Shown here in pieces: positions 57,382-64,000 of a DNA stretch of 64,000 nt. The number at the start of each line of letters is the position of its first letter. Position 1 is the first letter of the stretch. The stretch is from assembly GCA_964016885.1 (NCBI GenBank), contig OZ024741.1, forward strand, positions 264,554,001 to 264,618,000, in the 5' to 3' direction. Made by a program: the position numbers and the translations under genes. This stretch comes from Eledone cirrhosa (Eukaryota). The notes beneath the pieces were generated by a model. It had not been told where the DNA came from. It did not search any database and saw nothing but the letters and a program-made list of their open reading frames with translations.

Positions 57382-57575
57382 AATGGTTTTCTGAAGGGGG
57401 TGGTAAAGCACCCACACTTAAATAAGGTACTCAATAAGTTAGTAGAGAATATATATATTTATATTATATAGTAATGACTTCTACAGGAGTAGAATTGTTT
57501 CATTCGTTTGAAATCATCAAAAATCATATTTCTGATTATTTCAAATGGATGAAAGACTTCTAGTCGTGTAACAGT
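57382..57575. mobile_element. Putative Penelope-like pLTR remnant with two inverted degenerate hammerhead motifs
   Basis: Minus 57474-57528: UUGAUGA-UUUC aaac GAAU-GAAA-CA...UG-UA|GAAGUCAU. Plus from 57532: CUGAUUA-UUUC aaau GGAU-GAAA-gacuucuaguc-GUGUA. Both are homologous to 52694-52747, and the left end abuts (TA)n. Confidence 0.6.
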
Positions 57576-57577
57576 CC

Positions 57578-57643
57578 GATAAAATAAAGTACCAGTAATG
57601 CACTGGGTAGGTGCTGGCCTTGTGCCAAAAGTAGAAACAATTA
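57578..57643 (+). mobile_element. SINE family 1, 3' fragment
   Basis: GATAAAATAAAGTACCAGTAATGCACTGG...CTGGCCTTGTGCCAAAAGTAGAAACAATTA. Confidence 0.8.
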
Positions 57644-57658
57644 CTATATAATATAATA

Positions 57659-57800
57659 TAATTGTTTCTACTTTTGGCACAAGGCCAGCAAATACTCAGT
57701 GTATTACTGGTACTTTATTTTATCGACCCCGTAAGGATGAAAGGCAAACTTAACCTCGGCGGGATTTGAACTCTGATGGCAAGGGCCGTAACTCTATGCG
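57659..57800 (-). mobile_element. SINE family 1, 5'-truncated, tail-to-tail with the preceding fragment
   Basis: Homologous body including the B-box. Confidence 0.85.
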
Positions 57801-57832
57801 TATAATATAATATAAAATTATATATACCTATA

Positions 57833-57883
<51 letters not shown>

Positions 57884-57923
57884 ACATGTGTCTATCTCTC
57901 TCTTATACACACACACACACACA

Positions 57924-57924
<1 letters not shown>

Positions 57925-57958
<34 letters not shown>

Positions 57959-58195
57959 CCGTTTTACGTCCGTTCTTCCACGCTAGCATGGGTTAGACGG
58001 GTTGTCCTGTTGTGGGCAGTGTCTGGTCGGCCGACCATGCCTTGTTCATACAGGAACTGATCTGGCTTGATTTCTACAGCTGGATGCCCTTCCTAACACC
58101 AACCTCATTTACAGTGAGTGCTGGGTGCTTTTTCGTGGCGCCTACACGTCCACTTTACAGTGTGGGCTGGGTGCTTTTTTGCCGTGGCACCTCCA
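57925..58195 (-). mobile_element. Retroposon family 3 fragment with tail
   Basis: (CAT)n then CCGTTTTACGTCCG...GCTAGCATGGGTTAGACGGG and GGATGCCCTTCCTAACACCAACC; short internal duplication TTTACAGTG...CTGGGTGCTTTTT-CGTGGC. Confidence 0.6.
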
Positions 58196-58342
58196 CGACC
58201 ACCTTGTGGTGGGGGTTGTGGGGGCATATATGTATATATTCTTTTAGTGTTTCATCGATCATATTGATTTTTGTTTGTGGAACAGCTACGGTTTAAGGCT
58301 CACACGGGGTCAAGACAGCATAAACAACACCGGTGTAAACAA

Positions 58343-58608
58343 ACACAGAGGTTGGAGGCTAGCACAGACACACACACAGAGGCGAGGCTAGGACAGACAC
58401 ACACAGAGGGCAGGCTAGCACAGACACACACACACACACACACAGAGGCGAGGCTAGCATACACACACAGACACACAAACAGACACAGAGGCCAGGCTAG
58501 CACATACATAGACAGACACACACACACAGAGAGAGAGGCGAGGCTAGCACAGACACACACACACACACACAGAGGTGAGGCTAACACATACATAGACACA
58601 CACACACA

Positions 58609-58642
<34 letters not shown>

Positions 58643-58790
58643 AACACAGAGGCTGAGATTAGCACATACATAGACACACACAAACACAGAGGTGGAGGCT
58701 AGCGCACACACACACACACACACACATAAACACACAGGTAGAGGCTAGCACATACGCACACTCACACACAGGCACACACACATGCACACA
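58343..58790. repeat. Minisatellite CACAGAGGCGAGGCTAGCA plus variable (CA)n
   Basis: About ten units. Confidence 0.85.
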
Positions 58791-58816
58791 CGTCCATATA
58801 AGTTTCTTGTTTTAAT

Positions 58817-59046
58817 ATCATCACCATCATCATCGTCATCACAATCACCATCATCATCATCATTATCATCATCACCAACATCACCATCATCACCATAATA
58901 ATCACCAATATCATCATCTCCATTAGCACCATCACCATCAACATCATCATCGCCATCGTCATCGTGAACATCATCATCATCATCACCATCGCCATCGTCA
59001 TCATCATCATCATCATCACCATTGTCATCATCAACATCATCAACAT
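58817..59046. repeat. Degenerate (CAT)n microsatellite
   Basis: Direct reading. Confidence 0.9.
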
Positions 59047-59068
59047 GCTTATTCTCAGATGAAGAATA

Positions 59069-59158
59069 CATTAAAGACTTGTTCAAAGTAACCGGGCGGT
59101 GGTATCGAACTCGGAACCAGGGGAATTTGAAGTGAAGTTGTTAACCAGCCAACCATGT
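59069..59158 (-). mobile_element. Diverged tRNA-derived SINE head
   Basis: Minus strand: TGGTTGGCTGG...GAGTTCGATACC...ACTTTGAACAAGTCTTT. Confidence 0.45.
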
Positions 59159-59220
59159 GGTGGGGTTGGTGGTGGCAGTGTTGTTGCTGGTGGTAACGGT
59201 GACGGTTTAAAGCAGAATCT

Positions 59221-59530
59221 TTAATCCTTTAGCATTTAAACCGGCCATATTCGGCCAGAATTCTCTCACCTCTTTCTGTTCAAACCAGCTGTAACCAGCC
59301 ACTCATACCGACGTTAAGGTATTGTTCTCAAAGTAAGTAATATCAAAATCATAGATTCGATGCTATGTGAGATAATTATGTGAGGTAAAGCCTTAACTGT
59401 GAAAATACAATAGTATATATAGAATAAAGTACCAGTAATGCACCAGTGCATTACTGGTACTTTAATTGCTGGCCTTGTGCCTAAAGTAGAAACAAGTATA
59501 TATAGACTAATGCAAATGCTAAAGGGTTAA
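59221..59530. mobile_element. piggyBac-type MITE with TTAA target duplication, containing a nested SINE fragment
   Basis: TTAA-TCCTTTAGCATTT (59221-59237) and AAATGCTAAAGGG-TTAA (59514-59530): 13-bp TIR with one mismatch. SINE family 1 3' fragment at about 59423-59495. Confidence 0.75.
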
Positions 59531-59625
59531 GTCTATAAAATACTTCAGCAATGCTGGTAGAGTCACTGCCTCCCCCTCTCCCGCTCTCCTTGTCTCTCTC
59601 ACTATTATAAGCAAAGGGGGGGGGG

Positions 59626-59850
59626 CTACGCGCTGGCCGCCCCACGACCCCGGTGGGCAGAATAGAGAAGGCGTTTCTCCGGGGGATGGTGAGGAGGTTA
59701 GATGTGCTTGAAGAGCTATTCCAGCTGGCGAGGCTCACACCTGCGGGTAGCCAACTCCGTGGAAAGTAGGGAGATGATCCGAGGGCCAAGGACACCAGAA
59801 GTCTCAACTGCTACGGGCTCGACCACCAAACCTATCGGAGAGTGATAGAT
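59626..59850 (-). pseudogene. Degraded 3' fragment of a CRE-like non-LTR retrotransposon (C-terminus of restriction-like endonuclease domain)
   Basis: Translates as PVAVETSGVLGP...ELATRRCEPRQLE* and, in another frame, RRNAFSIL; homologous to 63421-63797. Confidence 0.75.
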
Positions 59851-60059
59851 TATACACCAATGTTTAGATTCATATATAGACATATGTGTGTGAGTGTATA
59901 TAATTCCCCCCCCCCTCTCTCCCCTCTCTCCACTCTCTGATATATATGTGTGCGTGTACATATACGCTCTCCCCTCTCTCTCTTATTCACGTGTGTGTGT
60001 GTGTATACACTTTCCTCTTCTCTCTCTTATATATGTGTGTGTGTGTATACACTTTATAT

Positions 60060-60118
60060 GTATATGTGTGTATTTATGTGTGTGTGTATATGTATATATA
60101 TGTATATGTGTGTATTTA

Positions 60119-60159
<41 letters not shown>

Positions 60160-61938
60160 GTGTATTTATGTTAGTGTGTGTGTATGTATATATATATGTA
60201 TATGTGTGTATTTATGTTAGTGTGTGTGTATGTATATATATGTATATGTGTGTATTTATGTTAGTGTGTGTGTATGTATATATATGTATATGTGTATTTA
60301 GGTAAGTGTATGTGTATGTATATATATGTATATGTGAGTATTTATGTAAGTGTGTGTGTATGTATATATGTATATGTGTGTATTTATGTTAGTGTGTGTG
60401 TATGTATATATATGTATATGTGTGTATTTATGTTAGTGTGTGTGTATGTATATATATGTATATGTGTGTATTTATGTTAGTGTGTGTGTATGTATATATA
60501 TGTATATGTGTGTATTTATGTAAGTGTGTGTATGTATATATATGTATATGTGTGTATTTATGTAAGTCTGTGTGTATGTATATAGATGTATATGTGTGTA
60601 TTTATGTTAGTGTGTGTGTATGTATATAGATGTATATGTGTGTATTTAGGTAAGTGTGTGTGTATGTATATATATATGTATATGTGTGTATTTATTTTAG
60701 TGTATGTGTATGTATATATATATGTATATGTGTGTATTTATGTTAGTGTGTGTGTATGTATATATATGTATATGTGTATTTATGTAAGTGTGTGTGTATA
60801 TGTACATATATGTATATGTGTGTATTTATGTAAGTGTGTGTGTGTATGTATATATATGTATATGTGTGTATTTATGTAAGTGTGTGTGTATGTATATATA
60901 TATGTATATGTGTGTATTTATGTTAGTGTGTGTGTATGTATATATGTGTATTTAGGTAAGTGTATGTGTATGTATATATATGTATATGTGTGTATTTATG
61001 TTAGTGTGTGTGTATGTATATATATGTATATGTGTATTTAGGTAAGTGTGTGTGTATGTATATATATGTATATGTGTGTATTTATGTTAGTGTATGTGTA
61101 TGTATATATATGTATATGTGTATTTATGTAAGTGTGTGTGTATATATATGTATATGTGTGTATTTATGTTAGTGTGTGTGTATGTATATATATGTATATG
61201 TGTGTATTTATGTAAGTGTGTGTATGTATAAATATGTATATGTGTGTATTTATGTAAGTGTGTGTGTATGTATATATATGTATATGTGTATTTATGTAAG
61301 TGTGTGTGTATGTATATATATGTATATGTGTGTATTTATGTAAGTGTATGTATATATGTACATATATGTATATGTGTGTATTTATGTAAGTGTGTGTGTA
61401 TGTATATATATGTATATGTGTGAATTATGTAAGTGTGTGTGTATGTATATATATATATATGTGTGTATTTATGTAAGTGTATGTGTATATGTACATATAT
61501 GTATATGTGTGTATTTATGTTAGTGTGTGTGTATGTGTATATATATATATATAAGTGTGTATTTATGTTAGTGTGTGTGTATGTATATATATGTATATGT
61601 GTGTATTTGTGTAAGTGTGTGTGTATGTATATATATGTGTATATGTGTGTATTTATGTTAGTGTGTGTGTGTGTATATATATATATGTATATGTGTGTAT
61701 TTATGTTAGTGTGTGTGTATGTATATATATATGTATATGTGTATTTAGGTAAGTGTGAGTGTATGTATATATATGTATATGTGTGTATTTATTTTAGTGT
61801 ATGTGTATGTATATATATGTATATGTGTATTTATGTAAGTGTGTGTGTATGTATATATATGTATGTGTGTATTTATGTAAGTGTGTGTGTATATGTATAT
61901 ATATGTATATGTGTGTATTTATGTAAGTGTGTGTGTAT
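60060..61938. repeat. ~40-44-bp minisatellite built from TG/TA dinucleotides (GTATTTATGTWAGTGTGTGTGTATGTATATATATGTATATGTGT)
   Basis: Anchor TATTTATGTWAG recurs regularly, about 45 units. Confidence 0.92.
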
Positions 61939-62060
61939 GAATGAGACGACTTATATATATATATCTATGTGACTATACATATTGATTTTCTTTGTTTGCA
62001 TTTTCCATTTCTTTATGATATAACAATATTATACACACATACACACACACATATATATAT

Positions 62061-62110
<50 letters not shown>

Positions 62111-62128
62111 GCAGACATATATATATAT

Positions 62129-62161
<33 letters not shown>

Positions 62162-62195
62162 CACGCACACAAACATACATACACACACATATATG

Positions 62196-62255
<60 letters not shown>

Positions 62256-62256
<1 letters not shown>

Positions 62257-62320
62257 TGAGATGGAGGGTCTGTGGTTTTTCTCACATCATGTGAGAAAAA
62301 CCACAGACCCTCCATCTCAA
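62256..62320. repeat. Perfect 32-bp inverted repeat with a 1-nt centre
   Basis: TTGAGATGGAGGGTCTGTGGTTTTTCTCACAT-C-ATGTGAGAAAAACCACAGACCCTCCATCTCAA. Confidence 0.97.
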
Positions 62321-62324
62321 CTCA

Positions 62325-62362
62325 CCTTTTGAAAAGCAGAAGAACTGCGAAACCGGTAAAGG
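62325..62362 (+). ncRNA. Minimal type I hammerhead ribozyme motif, U3-A8 core variant
   Basis: CCUU-UUGAAAA-GCAG aagaa CUGC-GAAA-CCGG-UA|AAGG: stem I 4 bp, stem II 4 bp closed by G-C, palindromic ACCGGU stem-loop III, GUA triplet, AATAAA just downstream. Confidence 0.75.
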
Positions 62363-62462
62363 AACCAAATAAATATATATATATTTTTTTAAATAAGACT
62401 CCAGTTGCATTTTCGATTTCATCTTTTTTCCTTATATATATATACATATATATATATATATA

Positions 62463-62647
62463 AAACGGAGGTGGTGTGGTAAGGAACCATAACGCACCAG
62501 AGTACTCAATACTTAGGGTAATAGAGTGGGTAATACGAAAATGTTTCACCCCGACGGCAGAGCTCAAGCCGTTTCGACGTCTATTTGAGTCCAGAAATAG
62601 CCGTCGAAACGGCTTCAGCTCTGCCGTCGGGGTCATACTTGTTCCTA
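62463..62647. mobile_element. (TA)n-embedded hairpin element, copy 3
   Basis: Homologous to 54501-54711 with small deletions and a diverged outer left arm. Confidence 0.8.
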
Positions 62648-62661
62648 TATATATATATATA

Positions 62662-62767
62662 TCCGTATGTGGTTGACGAAGTAGAGTTTTAATATTCATT
62701 TTATTAATGCTAAAAAGTGAGTCTTATTACTCTCGAGTTTCGCCTGTTTATATCAGGGTCGTCGAAC
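62662..62767 (-). ncRNA. Degenerate hammerhead-like motif with AATAAA-containing tail (putative pLTR remnant)
   Basis: Minus strand: UCGACGA-cCCUG auauaaa CAGGc-GAAA-CUCGAGAG-UA|AUAAGACUC. The CUGANGA box is mutated and the stem I 5' strand is not evident; the tail ends at (TA)n. Confidence 0.4.
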
Positions 62768-63302
62768 ATATATGTGTGTGTATGTGTGTGCGCGCCATGT
62801 GTGTGTGTGTGTGTGTGTGTGTGTACATATGCATATATATACATATATCATATATATGTGGTAGATATGTGTGTAACTATAGTTATCGGTGGTTATTCGG
62901 TTAAAGCACTCAATGCTGTTTTATGGTGTAATGTTTTCTTCGTTCCTGTATAATTACTTACACACACACACACATACACGCACACACACACACACACACA
63001 CACATATATACACACACACACATATATATATATATGCATACACACATACACACACACATACACACATATATACATATACATACACACATACATACAGACA
63101 CGCACACACACACATATATACATACACACATATACACATATAACTATTTAATTATTTATTATAAATAAATAAAAGAAAGAGCTGGTTAATTCGTCAATGA
63201 TGTTTAACAACTGATATATCCTATTACAGATGGTGAAAGACTCATAATAAACGGCCTGGCATGGAAACCGTGCAAACATTTAACCAAGCTCACTCAAATG
63301 AA

Positions 63303-63348
63303 GACACGTGGCTTAGTAGTTAGGGTATTCGGCTCACAATCGTGAGGT
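63303..63348 (+). mobile_element. 5' part (A-box) of a CORE-like tRNA-derived SINE interrupted by an insertion
   Basis: GTGGCTTAGTAGTTAGGGTATTCGGCTCACAATCGTGAGGT; B-box absent here but present at 63801. Confidence 0.7.
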
Positions 63349-63797
63349 GTAAATGGTATATTTTTTATTGTTATTCTAGTTCAGTATAATATATGACCAT
63401 CTGACTGATAAAATGACAAGTCAGTCAATCATATTGTTGGCCTCCCCACAGCTCCGGCGGACAGAATGGAGAAGGCATTCCCCCGAAGGACACCTGCGGC
63501 TGGCCAGTTCAGCACCTATGGTGGTGAGTAGGGAGGTAGCCCTAGGACCGAGGACACCAGAAGTCTCCACTGCCAAGGGTACAACCGCAAACCTGTCGGA
63601 GAGCGACCGGTATTTGAAGAGTTTGGCCTCCTCAGCCCGACGTGCAGCAGAACCTGGGTTAGTCGCAGACTGCACCAGGTTGCGGCTGCAGAAAGTGTCG
63701 GTGCAAGTGGCATCCCAGACGAGGGGTTTGCCACCGCGGAACGAGAAGATGGTCATGCCATCTGGCCTTTTGCTGTCCCCTCGGTCCAGCCCCACCG
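63349..63797 (-). mobile_element. 5'-truncated CRE-like non-LTR retrotransposon, restriction-like endonuclease (PD-(D/E)xK) domain plus 3' UTR
   Basis: GLDRGDSKRPDGMTIFSFRGGKPLVWDATCTDT...AARRAEEAKLFKY...VPLAVETSGVLG, then after a deletion and frameshift VLRGNAFSIL; this motif order is typical of CRE-clade RLE domains. Confidence 0.85.
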
Positions 63798-64000
63798 CGT
63801 GAGTTCGTTTACTCGCGACACATTGTGTCCTTGAGCAAGGCAATTTATTCCACGTTGCTCCACTCCACTCTGTTGGCAAAAATGAGTTTTACCTGTAATT
63901 CGAAAGGGCAGCCATGTCATATTCTGTGTCGCGCTGAATCTCCCTGAAAACTACGTTAAGGCTACGCGTGTCTGTGGAATGCTCAGCCACTTTCACGTTA
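63798..64000 (+). mobile_element. Remainder of the interrupted SINE (B-box, CORE-like domain, body); runs off the window
   Basis: CGTGAGTTCGTTT...TTGTGTCCTTGAGCAAGGCAATTTATTCCACGTTGCTCCA, similar to the 49275-49750 family. Confidence 0.8.

Noticed and set aside
63798-63879. N-terminal part of the 152-aa ORF 63421-63879
   Set aside because: It is antisense SINE sequence fused by chance to the RLE fragment, and the ORF's last residues are out of frame.

Overview
Eukaryotic, almost entirely repetitive DNA with no complete protein-coding gene; nearly all ORFs in the track are repeat artefacts. The SINE, MITE and microsatellite content resembles what I recall of octopus (coleoid cephalopod) genomes, which is an inference. 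Bases 1-38267 are a 34/27-bp satellite with internal dyad symmetry and kb-scale duplications. Bases 38.3-51.8 kb are trinucleotide and minisatellite arrays, including an 8-kb (GGT)n-based array, with interspersed tRNA-derived SINEs. Bases 52-64 kb are microsatellite-rich and hold SINEs, a TTAA-flanked piggyBac-type MITE, two 3' fragments of a CRE-like retrotransposon with a restriction-like endonuclease domain, and one or two candidate exons. The most notable signal is a set of short (TA)n-embedded modules carrying type I hammerhead ribozyme motifs of the Penelope-like pLTR kind. These include a minimal motif with a compensatory U3-A8 core (62325-62362), a near-canonical one on the minus strand (52694-52747), an inverted degenerate pair (57474-57575), and a three-copy hairpin element made of a hammerhead 3' half mirrored around stem II. 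All structures were read by eye and none was tested computationally.
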